Part shown: one piece after another, positions 51,283 to 62,084 of the stretch
How the letters are laid out: the number at the start of each line of letters is the position of its first letter
Position numbering within the stretch: position 1 is the first letter of the stretch
Assembly (NCBI GenBank): GCA_047975765.1
Contig: JBKEEF010000003.1
Location: forward strand, 3,923-67,922
Direction: 5' to 3'
DNA: 64,000 nucleotides
Source of the DNA: Alphaproteobacteria bacterium
GTDB taxonomy: Bacteria > Pseudomonadota > Alphaproteobacteria > RF32 > CAG-239
Notes under the pieces: generated by a model
The model's database searches: none
The model's input: the letters and a program-made list of their open reading frames with translations, nothing else
What the model was told of the DNA's origin: nothing
Translations under genes and position numbers: made by a program

Positions 51283-52344
51283 GTGCCAAAATTTTTTGAA
51301 ATATTTAAACCCGGAAAACATATCGCTTCTGACGGAAGCGAGGTTGAGTTCTCCGCTGCTGATCTTGAAGCAATTGCAAAAAGCTACAATACAGAAAAAC
51401 ATGAAGCCCCAATGGTTGTTGGTCATCCAAAAACCAATAATCCTGCTTATGGTTGGATTAAGAAAGTTATTTTTGATCCAATTTCTCAAAGATTAAAAGT
51501 TCTTGGTGATCAAATCAATCCAAGTTTTGCAGAAGCAGTCAAAACCGGTTCTTATAAAAAAGTATCGGCATCCCTTTACTCTCCAACTTCACCTAACAAC
51601 CCAACACCGGGGCAATATTATCTTCGCCACGTTGGCTTTTTAGGTGCTCAACCACCAGCCATCAAAGGATTGGAAGAAGTTTCTTTTTCCGAAGATGAAG
51701 AAACTCTCGATCTTGAAATGGATTTTAATGAAAGCTCATCTCGTGAACTGGCATATAACGACAAAACGGTTGGAAGAGTTTTTCGTAAACTTAAAAATTG
51801 GCTAATTGAAAAGTTTTCTAAAGAAGAAGCTGATCAAATCATTGATGAATGGGAATTAGATGCCTTAGGTTTAACTGCTCAAGAAATTCTTGCAAAAGAA
51901 AACAATAAGTCATTTTCAGAAAATGATTTTGAAGCGGAAAAACAAAAAAGATTAGCGGCTGAAGAAAAACTTCAAGAATACGAAAAAGCAAAAAAAAGCA
52001 AAGAAGATAAGGAATTTTGCGAAGCTCTAATTAAAGAAGGCAAACTTTTGCCAGGCCAAAAAGATAAAGCTCTTTTGCTTATGTCTTGCTTGTCTGAAGA
52101 TTCCTTAAATTTTGGGGAAAATGAGACTTCTTCACAAATCCAAGTTTTGAAGGACATTCTTTCTTCAAATCCGAAAACTGTGGAATTTGGTGAAGTATCA
52201 AAAGAAAAAGATGGAAAAATTTTTGATTTTTCAGACCCTAATATTCTTTCTGCAGAAGCTGTCAAATATCAGGCTAGTGAAGCAGAAAAAGGCAATAACA
52301 TTTCTATTTCTGAAGCTGTTCGTATTGTTAAGGGGAATAGTTAA
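51283..52344 (+). CDS. Mu I-like head protease/scaffold protein
   Basis: 353 aa; N-terminal FEIFKPGKHIASDGSEVEF...GHPKTNNPAYGWI resembles the Mu gpI family; coiled-coil scaffold-like C-terminus. Confidence 0.6.
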   Translation: MPKFFEIFKPGKHIASDGSEVEFSAADLEAIAKSYNTEKHEAPMVVGHPKTNNPAYGWIKKVIFDPISQRLKVLGDQINPSFAEAVKTGSYKKVSASLYSPTSPNNPTPGQYYLRHVGFLGAQPPAIKGLEEVSFSEDEETLDLEMDFNESSSRELAYNDKTVGRVFRKLKNWLIEKFSKEEADQIIDEWELDALGLTAQEILAKENNKSFSENDFEAEKQKRLAAEEKLQEYEKAKKSKEDKEFCEALIKEGKLLPGQKDKALLLMSCLSEDSLNFGENETSSQIQVLKDILSSNPKTVEFGEVSKEKDGKIFDFSDPNILSAEAVKYQASEAEKGNNISISEAVRIVKGNS

Positions 52345-52544
52345 TGTCTAAAAAAAGTGATGCAGCTCTAAAAATATCAAAAGGGTCAATCTAACTCATC
52401 AGGTTTTAGAAGAAATGGTTAGAACGCTTGTTGAGCAAGGAGCTGATCCAAAAGAATTACTTGTAGCGAGTTCAAAGCTCAATGAAGGTATGCTTGCTGT
52501 GAGTAATGCAGTGATAAAAATGCAAACAAAAAAAGGAAAAGAAG

Positions 52545-52877
52545 ATGAATAATATCAAAGCATATACTGCTGGAAGCGACATTGAAGGAAATAGATTTAT
52601 TACCTTTGATACTGCAGAAGGTGTTGTGAAGATGGCAACTGCTTCAAGTGTTGTGATTGGTACAACTGGCTATATTGGGTCAGTGGCAGAAAAGATTGTC
52701 GATGTTGATCACAATAGATTAGTTGAAGTTCAAGTTGGCGGCACTGTCGCCGTTGGTGACGGTTTGATTTCAGATGCAAATGGAAAAGCTGTTAAGGCAG
52801 GTGAAGGTGTTTCTCCTATCGCTATTGCCTTGGCTTCTGGCACTGCAGATGCAATCATTTTTGTTTTAATGAAATAA
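52545..52877 (+). CDS. Small Gly/Val-rich head protein (DUF2190/decoration-like)
   Basis: 110 aa immediately upstream of the major head gene. Confidence 0.35.
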   Translation: MNNIKAYTAGSDIEGNRFITFDTAEGVVKMATASSVVIGTTGYIGSVAEKIVDVDHNRLVEVQVGGTVAVGDGLISDANGKAVKAGEGVSPIAIALASGTADAIIFVLMK

Positions 52878-52889
52878 CAGGAGAGAAAA

Positions 52890-53813
52890 ATGCCTAAATC
52901 TGTATTTACACCAGATAATGAGCTGACCGCAATTGCGATTGGTTACAAAAACCCAAAAGAAAATTTTATCGCAGATAAAGTTTTTCCATACGTCCCAGTG
53001 GGAACACCTGATTTTGGATATAACACATATCCTTTAGCCGAAGGTTTTACAGTTCCGGATACAAAAGTTGGTCGCACCTCTAAACCAAATTCAGTTGAAT
53101 TTTCAGCTAAAAGAAAGAATGCGAGTGTTCAAGATTATGGTCTTGAAGTTCCTGTTCCTAACTATGATGTTGCCTATGCCCCTAAAAACTATAATCCAAA
53201 AGGCAGAGCAACGGAAGGCGGAACAAATCTAATCTTATTGGATAGAGAGCTTCGCGCTGCTAACTTTTTCAAAAACCCTTTAAACTTTGGATATAAGAAG
53301 ACACTCGCCGGAAATGATAAAATTTCAAGTGATGATGGAGATCCTATTGAGCTTCTTTTGAAGGCTAAAGATGAAATGATTATGGGTGCAAATACGCTGG
53401 TTTTGGGGATGGATGTCTGGACAAAGCTTCGTCTTCATCCAAAAGTTGTTGCGGCAGTTAATAAAAACTCAGGAACATCAGGGGTGGCTTCTCGTCAAGC
53501 TGTTGCTGAACTTCTTGAAGTAAATGAAGTTATTGTGGGTAATTCTAAACACAATGTTAGCAAAAAAGGACAAACTGCACAGGTTGCTTCAACTTGGGCT
53601 GGAGTTATGTCTTTGCTTCATCTTGATGATACAGCAGATACTGAAAACGGTGTGACTTTTGGCCTGACCGCTCGCTTTGGCGAAAGAATTGCGGGAGAAC
53701 TTGAAGATCAAGATATGGGTCTTCGTGGTGGAAAGAAAGTTCGTGTTGGAGAGTCTGTAAGAGAACTCGTTGTTGGAGAGCTTTGCGGATATTTGTTTGA
53801 AAGTGTTCTTTAA
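52890..53813 (+). CDS. Major head subunit (Mu T-like)
   Basis: 307 aa; size, position and conserved N-terminal region typical of the Mu gpT family. Confidence 0.65.
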   Translation: MPKSVFTPDNELTAIAIGYKNPKENFIADKVFPYVPVGTPDFGYNTYPLAEGFTVPDTKVGRTSKPNSVEFSAKRKNASVQDYGLEVPVPNYDVAYAPKNYNPKGRATEGGTNLILLDRELRAANFFKNPLNFGYKKTLAGNDKISSDDGDPIELLLKAKDEMIMGANTLVLGMDVWTKLRLHPKVVAAVNKNSGTSGVASRQAVAELLEVNEVIVGNSKHNVSKKGQTAQVASTWAGVMSLLHLDDTADTENGVTFGLTARFGERIAGELEDQDMGLRGGKKVRVGESVRELVVGELCGYLFESVL

Positions 53814-53824
53814 GGAGGTTTTAG

Positions 53825-54193
53825 ATGGTCAGTGTAAAAAACATTCAATCTTATCCTATCCGATATAATGGACAAGATTATCAAACAGAAGAAATCTTTG
53901 ATGTAGATGAGAAAACAGCTGAAGAACTTCTTTCAAAAAAGAAAGTAGAAAATGTTTCACCTATTGAAACGCTTACTACTGAAGAAAGAAAAGCAAAAAT
54001 TCTTAAGGCTGTAAAAGAGTTGCTTATTTCAAATCCAGCGAAGCCATCTCCGACAGTCGCAGAAGTTAAGGCAAAAGCAGAACTAAATAGTAATGTTTCT
54101 GGAGCTGAAAGAGATGAAGCTTTGGCACACATAAAAGCTGAAGAAGGATTGAAAAACTCTTCTGATAATGGAAAACAAAAAGAAGGTGAGTAG
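53825..54193 (+). CDS. Hypothetical phage protein
   Basis: 122 aa, acidic/lysine-rich. Confidence 0.3.
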   Translation: MVSVKNIQSYPIRYNGQDYQTEEIFDVDEKTAEELLSKKKVENVSPIETLTTEERKAKILKAVKELLISNPAKPSPTVAEVKAKAELNSNVSGAERDEALAHIKAEEGLKNSSDNGKQKEGE

Positions 54194-54196
54194 TAA

Positions 54197-54592
54197 ATGG
54201 GGCAATATATTCAAATTAACAATCTTTATGAACAGTTTTCAGAGGCTGACATTGAAGGTCTTGCTTACGGAAATGAAGATAAGATAAATGCTGCAATCAA
54301 CTCTGCTGAAGCGCTGATTAATGGATATATTGCCCCTCGCTACACACTACCTTTGAAAAACAGCCATGAGATTATCAACGATATTGCTTGTGATATAGCT
54401 AGATATAAATTGGCTGATATTGAACCGACAGAGGCAATGCAAAAAAGATATGATGATGCTGTGTCAACTTTGGGAAAAATTTCAAAAGGAACGATTGTTC
54501 TTTCAGAGCCAAAGACAGGAAAAGAGCCTTCAGCTAATAAAAAAAATTATGTGAAAGCTAAAAGACGCCGTTTCTTAATGGATATGTACTGA
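54197..54592 (+). CDS. Mu gp36-like head-tail joining protein (DUF1320-like)
   Basis: 131 aa; position and family resemblance. Confidence 0.4.
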   Translation: MGQYIQINNLYEQFSEADIEGLAYGNEDKINAAINSAEALINGYIAPRYTLPLKNSHEIINDIACDIARYKLADIEPTEAMQKRYDDAVSTLGKISKGTIVLSEPKTGKEPSANKKNYVKAKRRRFLMDMY

Positions 54593-54593
54593 G

Positions 54594-55019
54594 ATGGCTG
54601 GAGTGTTTCTTAAATATGAAGTTCAAGGCTTAAAGAGACTTCAGGAGTATGCAAAAAAACTTTCTCAATTCGGTCCAGAAAAGAAAAAAGAGCTAAATGC
54701 GGAAATATCAAGTTTTTTGGTTCGCCAAACGCAGGATAGGTTTGAAAGTAAGTTAACCCCAACGGGTCGTGCTTGGACAAGTTCTTTATATCGAAGTGGT
54801 GATCTCTTTGGATCTATTGCAGACAGTTATAATGAGCATGAAGCAATCGCCGGGACAAATATTGAATATGCAGCAATTCACCAATTTGGAGGAGAAGCTG
54901 GAAGAAACAAATCAGTAAAAATTGCAGCAAATCCATTCTTTGGACTTAGCACGGAAGATGAAGAAGAAATTGTTAATGTGGTTCATGATTTTTTGGAGAG
55001 AGAGGTTTTAGATGCTTAG
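54594..55019 (+). CDS. Virion morphogenesis protein (Mu G-like)
   Basis: 141 aa; resembles the Mu G / tail-completion family. Confidence 0.5.
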   Translation: MAGVFLKYEVQGLKRLQEYAKKLSQFGPEKKKELNAEISSFLVRQTQDRFESKLTPTGRAWTSSLYRSGDLFGSIADSYNEHEAIAGTNIEYAAIHQFGGEAGRNKSVKIAANPFFGLSTEDEEEIVNVVHDFLEREVLDA

Positions 55020-55605
55020 TCAAATTGAGCAGTCAATTTTAGACTTATTGAAAAGCTATAATACCGAAGAAAAGCTCGGATATAAGATTGATAAGATTGA
55101 CTCTTACAAAGGTGAATTGAAGAACTTCAAAGAATTAATAAGCAATTCATCAAGTGCAGTTTTACTTTCTTTCTATAAAAAAAAGCCAGTTGATAGATGG
55201 AATGTTGAAGCAACATATATTGCTCTTGTTTATTTCAGGGGGTTTACAAGAAACCAGAGAGATACACGGTTTGGTAAAGATGGCGGGGTTGGTGCTTATC
55301 AGATTTTATCGGACATAGAAATAATTTTAGAAGATGAAAGCTTAGGTTTTCTTGTTGAGCCAATTGAAATTGTTGAAACTAAAACCTTGCTACATGACAG
55401 TGTTTCAAACTTTCATACGGCACTTTATGAAATTGAGTTCACGTTAACCTACAAAAAGAATTTCTTCATTTCTTCAGAACAGAAAAAAGAATTGAAAAAA
55501 TTCAAAGAACTGTCGACGACTTGGGAGATTGGAGAAAATACCCAGTTTGAGACATTAGTTAAATTACCGCAAACAGAGAAGGAGAATTCAGATGGCGGAG
55601 AATAA
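55012..55605 (+). CDS. Hypothetical phage protein (Mu gp37-like position)
   Basis: 197 aa. Confidence 0.3.
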   Translation: MLSQIEQSILDLLKSYNTEEKLGYKIDKIDSYKGELKNFKELISNSSSAVLLSFYKKKPVDRWNVEATYIALVYFRGFTRNQRDTRFGKDGGVGAYQILSDIEIILEDESLGFLVEPIEIVETKTLLHDSVSNFHTALYEIEFTLTYKKNFFISSEQKKELKKFKELSTTWEIGENTQFETLVKLPQTEKENSDGGE

Positions 55606-55840
55606 ATTTTTTGTTAAGCCTGCTCGCGAAAATGGGTATGTCTTAAAGCCGAATGGTTTGAGACTAAAACCTTCTGGCGAGTGGATATATGGCGATGTTG
55701 AGTTTTGGCATCGCAGACTTAAAGATGGTGATGTTGTGGGTGATACAAAAGCAAAAGCGCCTGCAGAAACAAAAGCAGAGGCAACAACTCCTGCGCCAGC
55801 ATCTTCTGTTTCAACTTCTAAAAAAGAAGGAATTAAATAA
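55592..55840 (+). CDS. Hypothetical small phage protein
   Basis: 82 aa. Confidence 0.3.
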   Translation: MAENKFFVKPARENGYVLKPNGLRLKPSGEWIYGDVEFWHRRLKDGDVVGDTKAKAPAETKAEATTPAPASSVSTSKKEGIK

Positions 55841-55842
55841 AA

Positions 55843-57297
55843 ATGGTTGATTTTAAGGAAATTCCAAACGGATATAAAGTTCCGGGTGTTTATCAAGAAG
55901 TTGATAACTCTCTCGCAAATATCGGTTTGACAGGAAAAGAAAGTGTTGGCTTGATTATTGGTCAAAAACTTTCAACAGGAACAGGCGAATTTAACACTTG
56001 CTATCTAGCTGAAAATATTAATAGAGTTGCTGAGCTTGCTGGGGTTGGTTCTGACGTTCATAGAATGGCAGAAAAGTTTGAAAAAAATAATAAATACAAT
56101 GCGTTCAAAGTGATTTTTGTTGAACAAACTGAAGGTGTTGCAGCAACCTACACAATTGAAGCAACGGCGACAGATGTTCAAAATGGTAGTGCTGACCTTT
56201 TGTTGGCTGGCACACTTATTCAGTCTGTTGTTTACAAGGGTCAAACTGCTTCAGAAATTTTGGAAGCGCTTGTTGATGCTATTAATGAAGAAACAATGAT
56301 TCCTGTGACTGCCGCACTTGTTGAAGGAAAGATTGTATTAACGGCAAAACATAAAGGTTTAGCTGGGAACAATGTCGACATACAATTCAACTACTACAAC
56401 AATCAGAAAACACCTAAAGGGTTGACTTTTACAGTTGCTCAAACTGTAGAAGGTGTCGGAAATGCTTCTATTGCAGATGTTTTGGCGGCACTTACTCCGG
56501 AATATTTCACAGATGGTGTAACATCATACACAGATGAACCAAATTTACTAAAATTGAGAAGTTTTCTAAATGACCGATTTGGCGCTATGGTTCAAAATGA
56601 AGGTAATTTTCATATTTGTATCAATGGTACTCATTCTGAGCTTTTGACTTTAGCGGCGACCTTGAATTGCCCTCATATTAACTTGATTGAGAACTATAAA
56701 ACACCAAATATGCCTGAAGAAAGAGCGGCTCGTGTTGCTGGTATTGTTGCTTTCAAATCACAACAAGATCCTGCGCGTCAATATCGTACGGCTGTGTTGG
56801 TTGGAGATTTGCCTTCTAAGACACCATTTGACGACAAGGAAAGAAATTTGCTTCTTAAAGGTGGTGTTTCTACGGTTGTGACAAATGCTTCTGGTAATGT
56901 AGCTATTGAAAGAGTTGTTACGACTTATCGTAAAAATACGCTTGGGGTTTATGATGAAAGTTATTTTGATTTAACAATCATTAAAACAATCATCTATCTT
57001 CGCTGGTCTTATGTGAACTGGTTCTTGACGAAATATCCAGATTATAAGTTGGCTAAAAATGGTCACCCTATCGGTGTTGGTCAAGCAATCGTTACGCCTG
57101 ATGTGATTGAGTCAGAAGCTATCTCATGGGCAAATATGATGCTTAAAGCAGGTCTTATTGAAGATATTGAGGGCTTTGTTGAAGCAATTCATACAGAAAT
57201 CAATGCTTCTGACCCTGACCGTGTTGACCAAATCATCAGACCAGACATCATAAACAACTTTATGATTTTGGCTTCTAAAATGCAATTTAAGAGATAA
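55843..57297 (+). CDS. Contractile tail sheath protein (Mu L-like)
   Basis: 484 aa; sheath-family N-terminus and size; followed by the tube gene. Confidence 0.7.
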   Translation: MVDFKEIPNGYKVPGVYQEVDNSLANIGLTGKESVGLIIGQKLSTGTGEFNTCYLAENINRVAELAGVGSDVHRMAEKFEKNNKYNAFKVIFVEQTEGVAATYTIEATATDVQNGSADLLLAGTLIQSVVYKGQTASEILEALVDAINEETMIPVTAALVEGKIVLTAKHKGLAGNNVDIQFNYYNNQKTPKGLTFTVAQTVEGVGNASIADVLAALTPEYFTDGVTSYTDEPNLLKLRSFLNDRFGAMVQNEGNFHICINGTHSELLTLAATLNCPHINLIENYKTPNMPEERAARVAGIVAFKSQQDPARQYRTAVLVGDLPSKTPFDDKERNLLLKGGVSTVVTNASGNVAIERVVTTYRKNTLGVYDESYFDLTIIKTIIYLRWSYVNWFLTKYPDYKLAKNGHPIGVGQAIVTPDVIESEAISWANMMLKAGLIEDIEGFVEAIHTEINASDPDRVDQIIRPDIINNFMILASKMQFKR

Positions 57298-57308
57298 GGA
57301 AAAAGAAA

Positions 57309-57674
57309 ATGTCAAAAAGTCCAAATGAAAGATTGGGTTATTGCGATGTCAAAATCAATGGTACAGATTATGAACTTCGTGAAGTAGTTCGTAAACTTCC
57401 TGGTATTCGTCGTGATGATATTGATGAGGGCAATGCTTTTGCTCCTGTCAAAGAAGGTGGCTTTATCAAAGGTAAAGCTTATTTGAAACGTGGACAAAGT
57501 ATTCAAAAAATTAATGAGTTGGACAATGCTACGGTTTCAACCACAGATAATCTTGGTAATGCAATCACTTTTGCAAATGGTTGGGTTAAAAACAATCCAG
57601 AAGTTTCTAAAGATGGTTTCGACCTTGAAATTGGTGTCGCTTATGGCGATTGTACGGAGGTGACAGGTGGCTAA
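57309..57674 (+). CDS. Tail tube protein (Mu M-like)
   Basis: 121 aa directly after the sheath gene. Confidence 0.6.
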   Translation: MSKSPNERLGYCDVKINGTDYELREVVRKLPGIRRDDIDEGNAFAPVKEGGFIKGKAYLKRGQSIQKINELDNATVSTTDNLGNAITFANGWVKNNPEVSKDGFDLEIGVAYGDCTEVTGG

Positions 57675-58017
57675 TATTATCCTATTGAACAAAGGTTTGA
57701 AAGCAAATGGAGAGCCTCAGTTAGATGTTGAATTTAAAGATTTGACAGCAGGTGACGTAATGGCCGCTCGTGAACAAGCAGAGAAAGCATATTTTATGCC
57801 AGATGGATCTGTTCAGGTAGCAACCTCACCAAATCTTGCCGGAAAATATATTCTTTTGAAAAGAATTGTCAGAATTGGCACAATCTCGCCAGTTACTGAA
57901 CAGCATATTTCTATGTTGTCATATGAAGACTATGACCACTTGGTTGATGCAATCAATATCTTTGATAAGGCTTCTAAAGAGGTAGAACAGCAGGGGCGAG
58001 ATTATACGTCACTATGA
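57667..58017 (+). CDS. Tail assembly chaperone-like protein (possible frameshift extension to 58159)
   Basis: 116 aa between the tube and tape measure genes; an open alternative frame continues to 58159. Confidence 0.4.
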   Translation: MANIILLNKGLKANGEPQLDVEFKDLTAGDVMAAREQAEKAYFMPDGSVQVATSPNLAGKYILLKRIVRIGTISPVTEQHISMLSYEDYDHLVDAINIFDKASKEVEQQGRDYTSL

Positions 58018-58151
58018 TGAGGTCTTAGAGATCATAGTGGCGTTAAGCCAATATGCTCACTTTAGTGAGCATGAAATCAAACAAATGCCTCTCAGTCGAA
58101 TAAAGAAATACTGCGAGGCATATACAAAAATCAATAAAAGAGAAAGTAGCA

Positions 58152-60008
58152 ATGGTTAAAAAACTGGAAACATCAGTCATTTTGAATTTAGGCGGCAATC
58201 TTGCACAGATGGCAGCCAAATATGGTAATTCAATGGCTAAAATGTCAAATGTTGGTGTTTCCAGTTTTGCCAAGCTTTCTAAAGGCATCCAGTGGTCTGG
58301 GAATCAAATTGACAGATTGGCCAATCGATATACTGGAGCTATTTCTGCCGTTGCTGGCACGGTAGCTGTTCGTAATGTTGCTAATCTTCAAGAACGATTG
58401 GAAAGATTAGGCATTATCGCTGATAAGTCTTCAGATGAAATGAAGAAAATTAATGACAGAATTTATCAAGTTTCTCAAATGCGAAACATCAATGTTGCGC
58501 CAGACCAACTGACTGCAGCAATTGAAAAAATGGCGGCAATGACTGGTGATGTTGATTTTGCTGTTGCTAATATGGAAAATTTAGGCATGGCAATTTCTGC
58601 AACTGGTGCAGCTGGTGAAGACATCGGTGCCATGGTTGGAAATATGTTCCAGAAATTTAATATTAAATCTGCAGATGAAATCCTTCAGGTCTTAGATATT
58701 TTTGCAAACCAGGCGAATGAAGGTTCGTTTGAGCTAAAAGACCTTGCAACGCAAGGCGAAAGAATTATGGCCGCATACGCCACACTTGGCCGTAGTGGTG
58801 CGATTGCTAACCGAGAAATGGGTGCTTTAATGCAAATTTCTCGTATGGGAACAGGATCGGCAGAGCAAGCCGCAACTGCTTTTGAAGCTATGGTTATGAC
58901 TTTTTCAGATCCAGCTAAAATAAAGCTCTTAAAATCTGCAGGGATTGCAGTTAAGGATAATGCTGGTCAGATGCGAGCAATTCCAGATATTTTGAAAGAT
59001 ATTATCGTTAAAACTAAAGGTGATGCAACACAGCTCAATCAAGTTTTTGATAGATTTGCTTTCCGTGGCATCTCCACCCTTGCAATTGAGTTTCAAAATG
59101 CCATGAAACAAGGAAAATCGGTTGATGAGGCTTTTTCCAGCTTTCAAAAATTTTATAATGTTCAAGCTTCAGGCCAAACAATTATGAGAGATAGCAAAAG
59201 GATGGCAGATACATTCAACGCGTCTGTTGTTAGTTTAAAAACTGCCGTGATGCAATTTTCACAAACTCATTTGACAGCTCCAATTGAAAAGATGGCAAAA
59301 GCTCTAAATTCGTTAGATCCTGTCCGAGTTCAAAAATATTTTGATTATGCTGTTAAAGGCGCTGCTGGTCTGGCAACAATATGGGCGGCAGGTAAAGCTT
59401 TAGATTATGGTGGCCGTGCAGTTAGTTTCTTCAGAAATAGAAAAAAAGGTGGGGCGCTTGGGGGTGTTGGTGATGGGCTAATGGCTGGAGCAACACCTGT
59501 TTATGTTGTCAATATGGGTGCCGCTGGTCTTGGTGGTGGTCTTGCAGATGTTGCTGGACTTGGTGGTGGAAAATATGGTGCTTTGCTCAAAAAGGCGGGC
59601 ATTGTTGGTGCAGTTGCTTATGGTGCTTATGAAGTTGGTGGCGGAATTGCAGCGCTTTCTTCTGGCCAATATGAAGATGCCGGCGAAAAACTTGGTGGTG
59701 CGATTGGTATGGCACTTGGGGCTTTTGGTGGCCCATTTGGCATGATTATTGGCAACCAAGTCGGCAAATTTGCAGGCGGTTGGCTTGGTCGTTGGGTTCA
59801 AGACACGAAAAAAGAAACTGAAGCGGCCGACAAAGCGAGAGAGCAAAGAATTAAAAATTTTGAAAAAAACAAGAACCAAACAGTGATTTTGAAAAATGAA
59901 AACAATTTCAAGGTGATTTCTGATGAAAAAGGGGTGCGTGTGATTGATGCGAACCCAGTTCAACAAACTAAAATCCCTCTTGATACTGGCTATACAAGGA
60001 TTTACTAA
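58152..60008 (+). CDS. Tail tape measure protein
   Basis: 618 aa; helical N-terminal region, Gly-rich C-terminal repeats, position after tube/chaperone. Confidence 0.7.
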   Translation: MVKKLETSVILNLGGNLAQMAAKYGNSMAKMSNVGVSSFAKLSKGIQWSGNQIDRLANRYTGAISAVAGTVAVRNVANLQERLERLGIIADKSSDEMKKINDRIYQVSQMRNINVAPDQLTAAIEKMAAMTGDVDFAVANMENLGMAISATGAAGEDIGAMVGNMFQKFNIKSADEILQVLDIFANQANEGSFELKDLATQGERIMAAYATLGRSGAIANREMGALMQISRMGTGSAEQAATAFEAMVMTFSDPAKIKLLKSAGIAVKDNAGQMRAIPDILKDIIVKTKGDATQLNQVFDRFAFRGISTLAIEFQNAMKQGKSVDEAFSSFQKFYNVQASGQTIMRDSKRMADTFNASVVSLKTAVMQFSQTHLTAPIEKMAKALNSLDPVRVQKYFDYAVKGAAGLATIWAAGKALDYGGRAVSFFRNRKKGGALGGVGDGLMAGATPVYVVNMGAAGLGGGLADVAGLGGGKYGALLKKAGIVGAVAYGAYEVGGGIAALSSGQYEDAGEKLGGAIGMALGAFGGPFGMIIGNQVGKFAGGWLGRWVQDTKKETEAADKAREQRIKNFEKNKNQTVILKNENNFKVISDEKGVRVIDANPVQQTKIPLDTGYTRIY

Positions 60009-60011
60009 AAA

Positions 60012-61157
60012 ATGTTTGTAAATGAAGTAAAATATAATGGCATCTTATTTTGGACTGAAGACCACGATTGGGGACGTTCTGTTCATGAAGCTGAGTCTGA
60101 ACCTGTCTTAGGACAAGTTGAAGCTGAAGGAAGTAAGGAATATAAACTAAATCCTTATGATATTGTCATTAATGGCTATGTTTATGGTGCTGATGCTGAA
60201 GAAAAAATTGCACAACTTAATGAATATTTAGGCTCTGAACAACCAGGATGGTTGGAGCTTCCTCGTTTGGGCAAAATCAAGGTCAAGTTCAAAGGGCAAG
60301 GTTTTCGCTTTAAGTTCGAAGGCAGAAAAGAATGCTACGGCAAAATCACTCTTGAGCTAGAAAAATATACTGACAGTGGTTTGAAGATTGTTCAGGTTCA
60401 AGAAGATACGGCTAGTCAAATTGATGATATTTTAACTGAAGCTGAAGCGAGCTTTTTAGAAAAGTTTGATGAAAACTTTTCTTTAGATGGTTTTCCGGAA
60501 TTTGTCAAAATGGGAAGTTTTGATACTTTCACCTCAATTTCAAGCAAGATTTCAAAACTATCTTCAGCGAACCTTGTTTCATCAGTGCTTGACCCAATCA
60601 CTGGTTCTGTTTCCATTTTAACCTCTGGGTCTGATGGAATTTTAGGAACATTTAAGTCCTATTTGAACTTTGATGGCTCAAGCTATAAGAATCAAATTAA
60701 AGCTTTGTTGGGAATTGCCAAGTCAAAATCAAGCTATAAGGCAGCAACGAGTTCGAAGAACGATTTGCAAATTCTTTCAAATTCTGTGGCTCTGGATGAT
60801 TTGAGCAAAGAAGTTGCCATCAGCAACATTGCTGACATTGTGGCAAAGAATGATGTCTTTGAAACAACAACTGAAGCAAATGATTTTATTGATGAAATCA
60901 CAGAGGTTGCGAACGATTTTACGGCTGATGTTGACGATTATGCAGTTCAAACAAACATCTTCAAAATGGTTAATGTGATTGTGAATAAGGTTAAATTTGA
61001 TAAAAATTTAGCTATTTCTAAGAGAATTAAGATTAATCAAGTCATGCCTGCTTCTGTCGTTGCTTATCAAAATGCGGTTGATAGCGATAAGCTTGTTCGA
61101 TTGAACAAGGTTAAACATCCTTTATTCGTTCCGGCTGGAACGGAATTGGAGGCCTAA
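60012..61157 (+). CDS. DNA circulation protein (Mu N-like)
   Basis: 381 aa; position after the tape measure gene and N-terminal resemblance. Confidence 0.5.
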   Translation: MFVNEVKYNGILFWTEDHDWGRSVHEAESEPVLGQVEAEGSKEYKLNPYDIVINGYVYGADAEEKIAQLNEYLGSEQPGWLELPRLGKIKVKFKGQGFRFKFEGRKECYGKITLELEKYTDSGLKIVQVQEDTASQIDDILTEAEASFLEKFDENFSLDGFPEFVKMGSFDTFTSISSKISKLSSANLVSSVLDPITGSVSILTSGSDGILGTFKSYLNFDGSSYKNQIKALLGIAKSKSSYKAATSSKNDLQILSNSVALDDLSKEVAISNIADIVAKNDVFETTTEANDFIDEITEVANDFTADVDDYAVQTNIFKMVNVIVNKVKFDKNLAISKRIKINQVMPASVVAYQNAVDSDKLVRLNKVKHPLFVPAGTELEA

Positions 61158-62084
61158 ATGGAACTTAGTCTAAAAACGAACGGTTTTGAAATTTCGCTTG
61201 ATAACTTGATGTATTTTTCTTCAGTTGAGCATTTGGCCAGATTTTGCCAAATTCAATTTTTGAATAAAAATGCTGAAGATTTAAGCTTTCTTAAATCAAC
61301 ATTAAAAGACGATTTAACGGCAAGCTTGTTTTTAGATAGAAACAAGGTTTTTTCGGGCTTGGTAAAAGTTTCTTCTGATTTTGTCGGTCAAAAACCTTTA
61401 ATTTATCTTCAGGTTATCTCGCCGATTTATAAATATTGTGGCAAACAAATTGGTCAAGGCAAGCACTATATTGACCAAAAAGCGAGCGAGATTATCAAAG
61501 CACTTTGCCCAGACATTGAGCTTGAAATTGAAAAAGATGTTCAACTGAAGGATTTTATTTCGTTCTCTTCGGAATCTGTTGACCAGATAATTGCAAGACT
61601 GGCAGTTCAATCAAACCTTTTGATTTATTCTTCTGCTGAAGGAAGTCTAAAATTGACCGAGTACAAATATTCTTCAAGAGCTGTTGGGGTTTTGGAAGAA
61701 AACATTCTCACAATTGGCGCCATTGAAAAAGACGAAGAAGGCTTGGAGATTATAGGCCAGAACTGTCTGGATGATAGTTTGAGCTTAGATGAAATTATCA
61801 AACCTCGTTTGACCATTGCTGGCAAAAATAAGAGATGCCTCGTTGTTGATGATGTTTCTCCATCAACTTTGAATAAGCTTTATCGCAACAAAAAAGAAAT
61901 CCCTCTCAAAATCAAAGATTGGTTTGACCATGAAGGTGATTTGCTCGAAATAAATGAGATTGTTAGAGTCGTTCGTCCGTGGATTGGGGTTGATGAAAAC
62001 TGCTTAATTCAAAGTTTGAGCTTAAATCTTTCTGGCAGAGGTTCTTTTTCTGCAGATCTAGTCGTGGAGGCAAAAAATGTTTAA
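61158..62084 (+). CDS. Tail/baseplate protein (Mu P-like)
   Basis: 308 aa. Confidence 0.5.
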   Translation: MELSLKTNGFEISLDNLMYFSSVEHLARFCQIQFLNKNAEDLSFLKSTLKDDLTASLFLDRNKVFSGLVKVSSDFVGQKPLIYLQVISPIYKYCGKQIGQGKHYIDQKASEIIKALCPDIELEIEKDVQLKDFISFSSESVDQIIARLAVQSNLLIYSSAEGSLKLTEYKYSSRAVGVLEENILTIGAIEKDEEGLEIIGQNCLDDSLSLDEIIKPRLTIAGKNKRCLVVDDVSPSTLNKLYRNKKEIPLKIKDWFDHEGDLLEINEIVRVVRPWIGVDENCLIQSLSLNLSGRGSFSADLVVEAKNV

